Position numbers and translations under genes: made by a program
The notes under the pieces: model-generated
What the model was told of the DNA's origin: nothing
What the model saw: the letters and a program-made list of their open reading frames with translations, nothing else
Databases searched by the model: none
Shown here: positions 1-8,996 of the stretch, piece after piece
How positions within the stretch are numbered: the first letter of the stretch is position 1
How the letters are laid out: every line of letters begins with the position of its first letter
From: Steroidobacteraceae bacterium
GTDB taxonomy: Bacteria; Pseudomonadota; Gammaproteobacteria; Steroidobacterales; Steroidobacteraceae
NCBI GenBank assembly: GCA_035541695.1
Contig: DATKMV010000041.1
Location: forward strand, 76,583 to 140,582
DNA: 64,000 nt
Reading direction: 5' to 3'

Positions 1-1008
1 CACATTCACGGCGAGCGCGACTACGCAGCGCTCGCGCAAGCGGACATCATCGTCGAGGCGGTGTTCGAAGACCTCAGCCTCAAGCGCGAGGTTTTTGCGC
101 GGCTCGATGAGGTGGCGGCGGCGCGCACCATCCTCGCCACCAACACCTCGACGCTCGACATCGACGCGATCGCCGCCAGCACCCATCGCCCCGAACAGGT
201 CGTGGGGACGCATTTCTTCAGCCCCGCCAACGTGATGAAGCTGCTCGAGAACGTGCGCGGGCAGCGCACCTCGGCGCAGACCATCGCGACCGTCATGGCG
301 CTCGGCAAGACCCTCGGCAAGATCCCGGTGCTCGCCGGCAACTGCGATGGCTTCATCGGCAATCGCATGCTGATGTTCTATGGGAGCGAGTCCGAGTTCC
401 TGCTGGAGGAGGGAGCGACGCCCGAGCAGATCGATCGGGTGATGGAGGGTTTCGGCTTCGCGATGGGTCCGCTCGCAGTGCGGGATCTCGCCGGCAACGA
501 CGTCGGCTTCCTCATCCGCAAGGGTCGCAGGCTGCCCGCGGACGAGCGCTGGTCGCCGATCCTGGAGCGCATCGTGGCGGCCGGCCGGCTGGGGCAGAAG
601 AGCGGCAAGGGCTTCTACCGCTACGAGGGACGCACGCGCAGCGTCGATCCGGAAGTCACCTCGATCATCGAAGGCGTGTCACGCGAGCTCGGCATTCACC
701 GACGTACGATTCCCGATGAGGAGATTCTCGAGCGTCTGCTGCACCCGCTCGTCAACGAAGGCGCGCGTATCCTCGAGGAAGGCATCGCGATCCGTGCGTC
801 CGACATCGATGTCGTGTATGTGTACGGCTATGGCTTTCCGGCCTGGAGGGGTGGGCCGATGTTCTGGGCAGAGCAGGCGGGCCTCGGACGGGTGGTTGAG
901 ACCATGCAGCGTCTGGCGCCGACGCACGGCGCGCGCTGGCGGCCCGCGGGGCTGCTGGAGCGGCTCGCGAGCGCGGGCGCGGGCTTCGGCAGCGTGCGCC
1001 CGCGATGA
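1..1008 (+). CDS. 3-hydroxyacyl-CoA dehydrogenase, C-terminal part (5' end outside window; FadB/FadJ- or PaaH-like)
   Basis: Frame 1 is open from nt 1 (HIHGERDYAALAQADIIVEAVFEDLSLKREVF...). THFFSPANVMKLLENV and the downstream helical domains match 3-hydroxyacyl-CoA dehydrogenase NAD-binding and C-terminal domains. Stop TGA at 1006-1008. Confidence 0.85.
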   Translation, partial: HIHGERDYAALAQADIIVEAVFEDLSLKREVFARLDEVAAARTILATNTSTLDIDAIAASTHRPEQVVGTHFFSPANVMKLLENVRGQRTSAQTIATVMALGKTLGKIPVLAGNCDGFIGNRMLMFYGSESEFLLEEGATPEQIDRVMEGFGFAMGPLAVRDLAGNDVGFLIRKGRRLPADERWSPILERIVAAGRLGQKSGKGFYRYEGRTRSVDPEVTSIIEGVSRELGIHRRTIPDEEILERLLHPLVNEGARILEEGIAIRASDIDVVYVYGYGFPAWRGGPMFWAEQAGLGRVVETMQRLAPTHGARWRPAGLLERLASAGAGFGSVRPR

Positions 1009-2774
1009 GCCGTGCGACCGCCGCGGCGCTGCTGCTGCTCGCGTCGCTCTGCGTCGCCGCAGCGGACGCCGCGGCCGCCGAAAGCCACATGCCGCAGCTG
1101 CCCGCGACGGTCGCGGACTGGGCGCACGGGGCGCAGCTGTTCAGCGGACTCGGCAACTTCCACCGCACCGTGACCACCTCATCCGCCGAGGCGCAGCAGT
1201 TCTTCGACCAGGGCATGCGGTTCCTGTGGGCGTTTAATCATGACGAGGCCACGCGCTCGTTCGCGGAGGCGGCGCGCCTCGATCCGCGCTGCGCAGCCTG
1301 CTACTGGGGGGTCGCGCTCACGGTCGGGCCGAACTACAACCTTCCGGCCATGGAGGCGGTGCGGGCGCGCGTGGCGGCCGAGGCGCTGCGCAGTGCACAG
1401 GAGAATGCGGCAGGCGCCACGCCCGTGGAGCGCGGGCTGATCGCGGCGCTCGCGGCGCGCTATCCGGCCGCAGACCCGCTCGGGCCGGAGAATCTCGGGG
1501 CGGTCACGCGCGCCTATGCGGCCGCGATGCGGGAGCTGGCTCAGCGCTTTCCGCAGGACCTCGACCTCCAGACGCTGTGCGCGGAAGCGGCGATGAACGT
1601 GCATGCCTGGAAGCTGTGGAGCGCGGCGGGTGAGCCCGCCGAGGGCACCGCGGAGATCGTGGCGCGCCTCGAGTCGGTTCTGCGCCGCGACCCGTACCAT
1701 CCGGGCGCGAATCACTACTACATCCATGCGATGGAGGCTTCGCCTCATCCGGAGAAGGCACTGGCGGCGGCCGAGCGACTCTCCGGCATGATGCCCGCAG
1801 CGGGGCATCTCGAGCACATGCCCGCGCACATCCTGCAGCGCCTCGGCGACTACGAGCACGCAGCCGAGGCGAACCGCCGTGGCGTCGCGGCCGACCGCGC
1901 GTACCTCGAGGCCACCTCGCCTCCCGACTACTACCGCATGTACCTCGCCCACAATTACGCCTTTCTTGCTTACTCGGCCGCGATGGAAGGCCGCAAGGCG
2001 GAGACGCTGGCGGCGGTGCAGAGTCTCGTGACGACCGTACCTCCCGACATGGTGCTCGCCATGGGCGACTCCGGATGGGCGCTCTCGACGCAGTACACGG
2101 TGCTCGTGCGCTTCGGGCTGTGGGATGAGGCGATCGCGCTCGGCGTGCCGCCAGCGCGTGCCCCGGGTCTCACCGCCGGCTACCTCTACGCGCGCGGCGT
2201 CGCGCTCGCCGCGCGTGGACGACTCGAGGAGGCGCGCGCCGCCCTCGCTCAGCTGCGCGAGCTCGCGGCGACCGTGCCTGCATCCACGGCCGCCGGATTC
2301 AACACGCTGCCGGACGTGCTCGCGGTGGCCGAGCCGATCCTGGCGGCACGCATCGCCGCGAGCGAGCGGCACGATGCTGAGGCGATCGCCAGACTCCAGC
2401 AGGCGGTGCTGGCCGAAGACAAGCTCGCCTACAACGAGCCGGCGGACTGGTTCTTCCCGGCGAGGCAGCTGTTCGGTGCGCAGCTCCTCATTGCCAGGCG
2501 TGCGGGCGAAGCCGAGCGCGTTTACCGGGAGGACCTGCGCCGCAACCCGCGCAACGGCTGGTCACTCTTTGGTCTCGCAGCGGCGCTGCGCGCGCAGGGA
2601 AAGGCGGCCGAGGCCGCGCGGGTGCGGCGTGAGCTCGACGCGGCCTGGGCCCATGCCGATGTCAGGCTCCAGGCCTCCGCCTTCTGGTTCGCCGGTGTCG
2701 ACACGACGAGCTGCGAGTGCCAGCGGACCGCGCTCGTGCGAGCGCCGCTCAGGCAAGCGGCAGACGCGTGGTGA
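1005..2774 (+). CDS. secreted TPR-like repeat protein, function unknown
   Basis: 589-aa ORF whose ATG overlaps the upstream stop (ATGA 1005-1008). Signal-peptide-like N-terminus MSRATAAALLLLASLCVAAADAAAA. Helical-repeat composition with no catalytic motif recognised. Confidence 0.6.
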   Translation: MSRATAAALLLLASLCVAAADAAAAESHMPQLPATVADWAHGAQLFSGLGNFHRTVTTSSAEAQQFFDQGMRFLWAFNHDEATRSFAEAARLDPRCAACYWGVALTVGPNYNLPAMEAVRARVAAEALRSAQENAAGATPVERGLIAALAARYPAADPLGPENLGAVTRAYAAAMRELAQRFPQDLDLQTLCAEAAMNVHAWKLWSAAGEPAEGTAEIVARLESVLRRDPYHPGANHYYIHAMEASPHPEKALAAAERLSGMMPAAGHLEHMPAHILQRLGDYEHAAEANRRGVAADRAYLEATSPPDYYRMYLAHNYAFLAYSAAMEGRKAETLAAVQSLVTTVPPDMVLAMGDSGWALSTQYTVLVRFGLWDEAIALGVPPARAPGLTAGYLYARGVALAARGRLEEARAALAQLRELAATVPASTAAGFNTLPDVLAVAEPILAARIAASERHDAEAIARLQQAVLAEDKLAYNEPADWFFPARQLFGAQLLIARRAGEAERVYREDLRRNPRNGWSLFGLAAALRAQGKAAEAARVRRELDAAWAHADVRLQASAFWFAGVDTTSCECQRTALVRAPLRQAADAW

Positions 2775-3219
2775 ACTTCTTCGTGCGCAACACGAAACTC
2801 GTGTTGACCGAGCGCACCGCCTGAAGCTGCAGCAGCTGCGTCGAGAGGAAGTGCTCGTAGGCCTCCATGCTGGCGGCGACGATGCGCAGCAGATAATCGT
2901 TCGCGCCGCTCATCGAGTGGCACTCGAGCACCTCCGGCCGCTCCAGCACGAGCTGATCGAACTCGCGCACCGAGGCCGGATGGTGGTTCTCGAGCGACAC
3001 CACCGCGTAGGCGAGGATCGGCAGCCCGATGGCGGGGGCCCGCAACAGCGTGGCGTACCCCGAGATGAAGCCGGCCTCCTCGAGACGCCGCAGGCGCCGC
3101 CAGCACGGCGCGGGGGAGAGCCCGACGCGCTTGGCGAGCTCCTGGTTGGAGATCCGCGCATCCGCCTGCAGCTCTTCGAGGATGCGACGGTCGAGCCGGT
3201 CGAGGGTTCGAGTGGGCAT
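2749..3219 (-). CDS. Lrp/AsnC-family transcriptional regulator (BkdR-like)
   Basis: Track ORF 2749..3417 trimmed to the ATG at 3219. MPTRTLDRLDRRILEELQADARISNQELAKRVGLSPAPCWRRLRRLEEAGFI is a typical AsnC-type HTH, followed by a ligand-binding domain. Divergent from the E1 gene. Confidence 0.85.
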   Translation of the reverse strand: MPTRTLDRLDRRILEELQADARISNQELAKRVGLSPAPCWRRLRRLEEAGFISGYATLLRAPAIGLPILAYAVVSLENHHPASVREFDQLVLERPEVLECHSMSGANDYLLRIVAASMEAYEHFLSTQLLQLQAVRSVNTSFVLRTKKFTTRLPLA

Positions 3220-3343
3220 GATGTCGTTCCGCTTGCACTGCGCAAGAAAATTGCTGAAGTAAGCCATTAGACGGCAATACTCGCAAGGTAATTGCACCCA
3301 ATCGGGCATAAGCTGCCCGGCAATTCCCAACCAAGGTCGGGGT
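3220..3343. promoter_or_regulatory. divergent control region between the Lrp-family regulator and the E1ab gene
   Basis: 124-nt spacer visibly less GC-rich than its flanks. It has several GCAA/TTGC half-sites, including CTTGC-N5-GCAAG (3232-3246) and GCAAT-N12-ATTGC (3274-3295). No experimentally defined consensus was matched. Confidence 0.3.
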
Positions 3344-5410
3344 ATGGCGGCGCAGCCGCAAACGGACTGGCGACGCATCGCCTCGCTGCTGCTCGCTTCG
3401 CGGGCCCTCGATGACATCGAGGAGACCCGGCTCGTCCCCGAGCGGAAGGTGCTCTACCAATTCTCCGCCCGCGGTCATGAGCTGGCGCAGATCCTGCTCG
3501 GTCTGCAGCTGACCGACCCCCACGACGGCGTGTCGCTCTACTACCGATCGCGCCCGCTCATGCTCACACTCGGCGTGAGCCTCGAGGAAGCGGCGGCCGG
3601 GCCACTCGCACGTAGCGGGGGCTTCAGCGGCGGCCGTGACATCGGTGTGGTGTTCAACCGGCCGGGCCGTGGAGGGCCGACGGTGCTTCCGGCCTGTGGC
3701 GGTGTCGGTACGCAGTACACGCCCGCCGCCGGGTGGGCGCAGGCGGTGCAGTTTCGACACCTGACACTCGGTGACCCGAGCTACGGGCGCAGCATCGCGG
3801 TGGTGCTGGGCGGCGACGCCTCGACCGCCACCAACGGATTCTGGTCGGCGCTCAATATCGCGACCACGCTGACGCTGCCGATGCTCTTCTACATCGAGGA
3901 CAACGGCTACGGCATCTCGGTGCCTTCGGTTCTGCAGACACCGGGGGGCAACATCGCCCACAACCTCAGCGGCTTCGCGGGACTTTCCATTCTCGAAGGC
4001 GATGGGAGCGATCCGCTCGCCGCCGAGGAGCTCACACGGCGCGCCGTGGCGCAGGTCCGCACCCGGCGGGCACCGCTATTGCTGCGCCTCACGGTGCCGC
4101 GGCTCTGCGGCCACTCCGGTCAGGACACCCAGGCCTACAAATCGCCCGCAGCACTCGGCGCCGAGCGCGAGCGCGATCCGCTGCGCCGGCTCGAGGAGTT
4201 TCTCGTGCCGCAGCTCATCGCTCCCGAGGAGTGGCGCAAGCTCGCAGGCGAGGCGCGCCAGGAGGTCGAGCGCGCGGTGGAGCGCGCGCTCGCGCGACCG
4301 CTGCCCGACCCGCGCGAGCTCACCGCGCACGTCTTCAGCCGCGACGCGCAGGGCACGGTGCAGCTGCAGGAGCAGGGCGGTCTCGAGCCGGAGGGATACC
4401 GTTTCGCCTCCGGGACCGACGTGCCGCAACCACACGGGGCGCGTATCAACATGCTGACCGCCATCCGCCGTACCCTCGAGAGCGAGCTCGCCCGCAACGA
4501 TCGACTGCTCATATTCGGGGAGGACGTCGGCCCGAAGGGCGGCGTGCACGGGGCGACGCTCGGCCTGCAGGAGAAGTACGGCGCAGCGCGCGTGTTCGAC
4601 ACGAGCCTGTCGGAGGAGGGCATCATCGGTCGTGCCGTAGGGATGGCGCTGGCGGGCCTCCTGCCCGTTGCCGAAATTCAGTTCCGCAAGTACGCCGATC
4701 CGGCTGCCGAGCAACTGAATGACTGCGGCACGATGCGCTGGCGTACGCGCAACCGCTTCGCCGCCCCGATGGTCGTGCGCATGCCCGGCGGCTTCTTCAA
4801 GTGCGGCGACCCCTGGCACAGTCAGACCAACGAGGTCGCGTGGGTGCACGGTGTCGGCTGGCAGGTTGCGGTACCCTCGAACGCCGAGGACGCCGTGGGC
4901 CTGCTGCGGGCGGCGTTGCGCGGCAACGATCCGGTGATTTTCTTCGAGCACCGGGCGATGCTCGATGGAGCCTGGGCGCGCCGCCCCTATCCGGGGGATG
5001 ACTTCAAGGTGCCCTTCGGCGTGGCACGCACCGTACGCGCGGGGAGTGAGCTCTCCGTCATCACCTGGGGTGCGATGGTCGAGCGTTGCCTGCAGGCGGC
5101 GGCGGATTCGCACGTTGACGCCGAGGTGCTCGATCTGCGTACTCTCTCACCCTGGGACCAGGGGAGCGTGCGCGGCTCCGTGGAGAAGACCCGTCGATGC
5201 CTCATCGTGCACGAGGACAACCTCACGGCCGGCTTCGGCGCCGAGATTGCAGCGGTGCTCGCACAGGAGTGCTTCTTCAGCCTCGATGCGCCGATCGAGC
5301 GACTCGCCATGCCCGACATTCCGAGTCCCCACAGCCCGGTGCTGCTGGAAGCGGCGCTGCCGAGCGTCGCGCAGATCACCCGCGCCATTCAGCGGCTCGC
5401 CAGCATCTGA
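3344..5410 (+). CDS. 2-oxoacid dehydrogenase E1 component, fused alpha and beta subunits (TPP-dependent)
   Basis: 688 aa. The N-terminal half carries a TPP-binding motif (GGDASTATNGFWSALNIATTLTLPMLFYIEDNGYGIS). The C-terminal half is a transketolase-like E1 beta (LIFGEDVGPKGGVHGATLGLQEKYG..., VHEDNLTAGFGAEIAA). Confidence 0.85.
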   Translation: MAAQPQTDWRRIASLLLASRALDDIEETRLVPERKVLYQFSARGHELAQILLGLQLTDPHDGVSLYYRSRPLMLTLGVSLEEAAAGPLARSGGFSGGRDIGVVFNRPGRGGPTVLPACGGVGTQYTPAAGWAQAVQFRHLTLGDPSYGRSIAVVLGGDASTATNGFWSALNIATTLTLPMLFYIEDNGYGISVPSVLQTPGGNIAHNLSGFAGLSILEGDGSDPLAAEELTRRAVAQVRTRRAPLLLRLTVPRLCGHSGQDTQAYKSPAALGAERERDPLRRLEEFLVPQLIAPEEWRKLAGEARQEVERAVERALARPLPDPRELTAHVFSRDAQGTVQLQEQGGLEPEGYRFASGTDVPQPHGARINMLTAIRRTLESELARNDRLLIFGEDVGPKGGVHGATLGLQEKYGAARVFDTSLSEEGIIGRAVGMALAGLLPVAEIQFRKYADPAAEQLNDCGTMRWRTRNRFAAPMVVRMPGGFFKCGDPWHSQTNEVAWVHGVGWQVAVPSNAEDAVGLLRAALRGNDPVIFFEHRAMLDGAWARRPYPGDDFKVPFGVARTVRAGSELSVITWGAMVERCLQAAADSHVDAEVLDLRTLSPWDQGSVRGSVEKTRRCLIVHEDNLTAGFGAEIAAVLAQECFFSLDAPIERLAMPDIPSPHSPVLLEAALPSVAQITRAIQRLASI

Positions 5411-5411
5411 C

Positions 5412-6695
5412 ATGAGCGATGGCGTTGAAATCCGCGCGCCCGCGGAGCAGACCGAGGGAACGCGCTCGCAGCTGCTGCGCTGGCTCAAGCGGGTCGGCGA
5501 GCCGGTCGCCGAGAACGAGCCGCTCATCGAGATCGAGACCGATAAAGTGACCGTGGAGGTCTCGGCACCTGGCTCGGGTGTCCTGCGCGAGATCCTGAAA
5601 CAGGAGCAGGAGGAGATCCTGCCGGGCGAGCTCCTCGGATGGCTCGGTCCCGCGGAGCCGGGCCAGGAGCCGGGCCGCGAGCCGGGCCGCGCGCCGCCGG
5701 TCGGGCGGCAGACTGCGCGCGCCGCCGCCCCCGTTGCGCCCGTCACTGGCGCGACCGGCACTGGCGCGACCGGCGCGTCAACGGAAGCCACCGCAGCGGC
5801 GCCATTGAGCCCGGCGGTGCGGCGTCTGCTCGCCGAGCATGGCCTTCGCGCCGAGAGTATCAGCGGCACGGGCGAGCGGGGCCGGCTGACGGTCGAGGAT
5901 GTGTTGCGCGCCGCTGCAGCCGCAGGTGGCGCTGCCCAGGGTGTGGCCCGGCAGGTGCCGCAGGAGGCGCCACCGGCGCCGACCGACGGCGCGCCGGCGG
6001 GTGCTCGGCGCGTGCCGCACAGCGCGGTGCGCCGGCGCACCGCCGCGCACATGGTACAGAGCCTGCTGCACACCGCACCGCACGTGACGACGGTGTTCGA
6101 GGCCGACATGGGTGCGGTGCTCGAGGACCGCGCGCGCCAGCGCGAGAGCTTTCTGCAGCGCGGCGTCCCGCTCACCCTGACCGCATACTTCGTGCGGGCC
6201 GCGGTCGCGGCCATACGTGCGGTACCGGAGGCGAACAGCCGCTGGACCGATGCGGCGCTCGAGATCTACGAAGCGGTCCATATCGGAGTCGCCACCGCCG
6301 TCGAGGGCTCGGGACTTCTCGTGCCGGTGCTGCGCGATGCGCACCGGCTCGATCTTTTCGAGACCGCGCGCGGGATCGAGGATCTCGTCAGCCGCGCCCG
6401 TGCCGGCAAGCTCGCCCCCGCCGACCTGCGCGGCGGTACCTTCACCATCTCGAACCATGGGGTGAGCGGCAGCCTGCTGGCGACACCCATCATCATCAAT
6501 CAGCCGCAGTCCGCGATCCTCGGCGTCGGCAAGCTCGAGCGGCGAGCGGTGGTCCTCGGCGCAGGCGAGGCCGAGAGAATCCTCGTCCGCCCGCGCTGTT
6601 ACGTCACACTGACCCTCGACCATCGCGTCATGGATGGCGAGCAGGCTAATCATTTCATGCGAACCTTCACCGACACCCTGGGCAACTGGCGATGA
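5412..6695 (+). CDS. 2-oxoacid dehydrogenase E2 component (dihydrolipoamide acyltransferase)
   Basis: ATG at 5412, one nt after the E1 stop. Lipoyl domain with EIETDKVTVEV, a Pro/Ala-rich linker, a subunit-binding domain (LSPAVRRLLAEHGL) and a catalytic domain with DHRVMDG. Confidence 0.85.
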   Translation: MSDGVEIRAPAEQTEGTRSQLLRWLKRVGEPVAENEPLIEIETDKVTVEVSAPGSGVLREILKQEQEEILPGELLGWLGPAEPGQEPGREPGRAPPVGRQTARAAAPVAPVTGATGTGATGASTEATAAAPLSPAVRRLLAEHGLRAESISGTGERGRLTVEDVLRAAAAAGGAAQGVARQVPQEAPPAPTDGAPAGARRVPHSAVRRRTAAHMVQSLLHTAPHVTTVFEADMGAVLEDRARQRESFLQRGVPLTLTAYFVRAAVAAIRAVPEANSRWTDAALEIYEAVHIGVATAVEGSGLLVPVLRDAHRLDLFETARGIEDLVSRARAGKLAPADLRGGTFTISNHGVSGSLLATPIIINQPQSAILGVGKLERRAVVLGAGEAERILVRPRCYVTLTLDHRVMDGEQANHFMRTFTDTLGNWR

Positions 6696-7984
6696 CAGCG
6701 GAACTCGAGCCGATCGAGCGAGCGAGCGCCGATGAGCTGCGGGCGTTGCAGCTCGAGCGCCTGCAGTGGTCGGTGCGGCATACCTACGAGCACGTGAGCG
6801 CCTATCGCACCAAGTGCGAAGCGGCGGGGGTTCATCCGGCGGACCTCCGCAGCCTCGAGGACTTGCGGCACTTCCCCTTCACGGTCAAGGATGATCTGCG
6901 CGCTGCGTATCCGTTCGGCCTGCTCGCGGTGCCGCGGGAACGGCTGGCGCGTCTGCACGGCTCGAGCGGCACGACGGGGCGGCCGACCATCGTCGGCCAC
7001 ACGCGCCGCGACATCGATGTCTGGGCTGCGCTCGTGGCGCGCTCCATCCGCGCCGCGGGCGGCCGGCCCGGCGATATCGTGCACATCGCTTACGGCTATG
7101 GACTCTTCACCGGGGGCCTCGGCGCCCACTACGGCGCAGAGCAGCTCGGTTGCACGGTGGTGCCGATGTCGGGGGGACAGACGCAGCGCCAGGTGCAGCT
7201 CATTCTCGATCTCGAGCCCGACCTCATCATGGTGACACCTTCCTACATGCTGGTGATCGCCGAGGAATTCCTGCGACAGGGGCTGGACCCTGCCGGGTGC
7301 TCGCTCCGTGCGGGCCTGTTCGGCGCGGAGCCCTGGACCGCGGCGATGCGTGAGGAGATCGAGACGCGCGTCGGTCTCGCCGCGCTCGATATCTATGGAC
7401 TCTCGGAGGTGATGGGCCCTGGCGTCGCGAGCGAGTGCATCGAGACGAAGGATGGCGCGGTGATCTGGGAGGATCATTTCTACCCGGAAATCATCGACCC
7501 CGAGACCGGCGCCGTGTTGCCCGATGGCGCCCCGGGGGAGCTCGTGCTCACCACCCTGAGCCGCGAAGCGCAGCCGATGGTCCGCTACCGCACTCGCGAT
7601 CTCACGGCGCTCCTGCCGCCGACCGCACGCGCTATGCGCCGCATGGCCCGCATCACGGGTCGTTCCGACGACATGCTCATCATTCGTGGCGTGAACGTCT
7701 TCCCGAGCCAGATCGAATCGGTGTTGCTGCTCGTGGCCGGACTCACGCCCCACTACGAGCTCGAGCTGAGCCGCGAGGCGCATCTCGATCAGCTCGCCGT
7801 GCGCGTCGAGTGCAGCTCCGAGCTCGCACACGAGGCGGCACGCGGCCGCCTCGAGCACGAGCTGCACCATCAACTGAGATCCACGCTCGGAATCGCAATA
7901 CGTGTCGAGGTCTGCAGCCCCGGGACGATCGAGCGGTCAGCGGGCAAGGCGCGGCGCATCATCGACAAGCGCCCGCGTGCCTAG
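6692..7984 (+). CDS. paaK: phenylacetate-CoA ligase
   Basis: 430 aa. GSSGTTGRPTIV AMP-binding motif, with length and N-terminus (LQLERLQWSVRHTYEHVSAYR) typical of PaaK. The ATG overlaps the E2 stop (ATGA 6692-6695). Confidence 0.9.
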   Translation: MTAELEPIERASADELRALQLERLQWSVRHTYEHVSAYRTKCEAAGVHPADLRSLEDLRHFPFTVKDDLRAAYPFGLLAVPRERLARLHGSSGTTGRPTIVGHTRRDIDVWAALVARSIRAAGGRPGDIVHIAYGYGLFTGGLGAHYGAEQLGCTVVPMSGGQTQRQVQLILDLEPDLIMVTPSYMLVIAEEFLRQGLDPAGCSLRAGLFGAEPWTAAMREEIETRVGLAALDIYGLSEVMGPGVASECIETKDGAVIWEDHFYPEIIDPETGAVLPDGAPGELVLTTLSREAQPMVRYRTRDLTALLPPTARAMRRMARITGRSDDMLIIRGVNVFPSQIESVLLLVAGLTPHYELELSREAHLDQLAVRVECSSELAHEAARGRLEHELHHQLRSTLGIAIRVEVCSPGTIERSAGKARRIIDKRPRA

Positions 7985-8923
7985 CGGGGTAAACCGCTGC
8001 ATCCGTAACCCGCCGAAGCGCGAGTGCACGGACGCGGCCGCCAGGGCGGGCAGCGGACGATCCAGACGGTGTGCGACGGCCGAGAGGTACTCCTCTGCGG
8101 GTAGGAACACGCGGCCATACAGGCGGCGGCAGAGTCCATAGGCGGCGCTCCCCACCCAGTCCTGCGGCAGCAGCGCGGGTGGCAAGAGCGGGTCCTGCAG
8201 GTGGATCTTGCGGTACTCGTGGATGAGGAGGGTGCGGACGAGGAACGCCGTCCCGATCGTCACCCCACCGGCATCGAGCATCGGCTCGATGGCGGAGAAG
8301 CGATGGACGAACCGTTCGTAGCGGCGCGAGAGCGCGGCGAGATTCCAGCCGCGGGCGATGAGCTCGCGGTCGCCAGCGAGGCCCGCGCCGAAGCTGTGGA
8401 GCAGCAGCGCCCCGTCCGCGCCGGGAACGTTGCGCAGCGAGGCGCGCGCCGCGCGCAGCGTGCAGCCCGGGTGCGCGAGCAGCGCCGGACTCACCTGACC
8501 GAAGCCGAGCCAGCGCAGCTGCTCACGCGTCTGCCGTCCCGCGCCCGGAGGCAGCAGCACGAGCGTCCACCTTCCGTTCCACGAGCGCGGGCTCTCGGCG
8601 TAGATGCGCCGCGTCGCCTCGGCGAAACGCCTCGCTCCGGCGCGCGTCAGGCGGTACTCGCTGCGTCGTCCGGCACGCCGTGAGGCGAGCCAGCCATCGC
8701 GCGCGAGGCGCGCCACCGCGGTGCGCACCGCGCGCTCGGCGAGCCCGAAGGGCGCGGCGAGCCGGATGAGGCTGCCGAGAGTGGCCGCGCCGCCACGCGG
8801 GGCGATGGCGTCGCCGAAGAGCGTGATGAGGAGCGAGCCGGCGCGCAGCGGTCGCTGCGCCTGGAAATGCCGCAGCAGCCCGCGTACGGGGCGGGGCAGC
8901 GCGGTAGTCGGCCCGGCTTCCAT
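7937..8923 (-). CDS. paaX: phenylacetic acid catabolism transcriptional repressor PaaX
   Basis: LFGDAIAPRGGAATLGSLIRLAAPFGLAERAVRTAVARLARDGWLASRRAGRRSEYRLT matches the PaaX N-terminal winged-helix region. The track start at 8944 is TTG, and I prefer the ATG at 8923. The 3' end overlaps paaK convergently by 48 nt. Confidence 0.85.
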   Translation of the reverse strand: MEAGPTTALPRPVRGLLRHFQAQRPLRAGSLLITLFGDAIAPRGGAATLGSLIRLAAPFGLAERAVRTAVARLARDGWLASRRAGRRSEYRLTRAGARRFAEATRRIYAESPRSWNGRWTLVLLPPGAGRQTREQLRWLGFGQVSPALLAHPGCTLRAARASLRNVPGADGALLLHSFGAGLAGDRELIARGWNLAALSRRYERFVHRFSAIEPMLDAGGVTIGTAFLVRTLLIHEYRKIHLQDPLLPPALLPQDWVGSAAYGLCRRLYGRVFLPAEEYLSAVAHRLDRPLPALAAASVHSRFGGLRMQRFTPLGTRALVDDAPRLAR

Positions 8924-8933
8924 AGTGCGGAAA

Positions 8934-8975
8934 TTGTGACACAAAAAAACGCAACCCTGTGCTAGTCTTGTGTCA
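8934..8975. promoter_or_regulatory. candidate operator in the paaX/paaA divergent promoter region
   Basis: TGACACAA (8937-8944) and its exact reverse complement TTGTGTCA (8968-8975) are separated by 23 nt. The left site is itself a palindrome, TTGTG-a-CACAA (8934-8944). The region is AT-rich in a GC-rich genome. Confidence 0.35.
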
Positions 8976-8996
8976 TTTCAGCGGAGCCGGCACACC

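Noticed and set aside
1005-1008. The ATGA overlap between the 3-hydroxyacyl-CoA dehydrogenase and secreted TPR-like protein genes as evidence of a functional link.
   Set aside because: 4-nt overlaps occur at more than a dozen junctions in this window between clearly unrelated functions, so the overlap shows only tight packing or co-transcription.
5655-5773. Short in-frame tandem repeats inside coding regions: 12-nt x3 (5655-5690) and 15-nt x2 (5744-5773) in the E2 linker, and 18-nt x2 (57702-57737) in mazG.
   Set aside because: They encode Pro/Ala/Gly-rich flexible linkers (EPGQEPGREPGR, TGATGTGATG, ADRGTGADRGAD) between folded domains. This is a common, unremarkable product of slippage.
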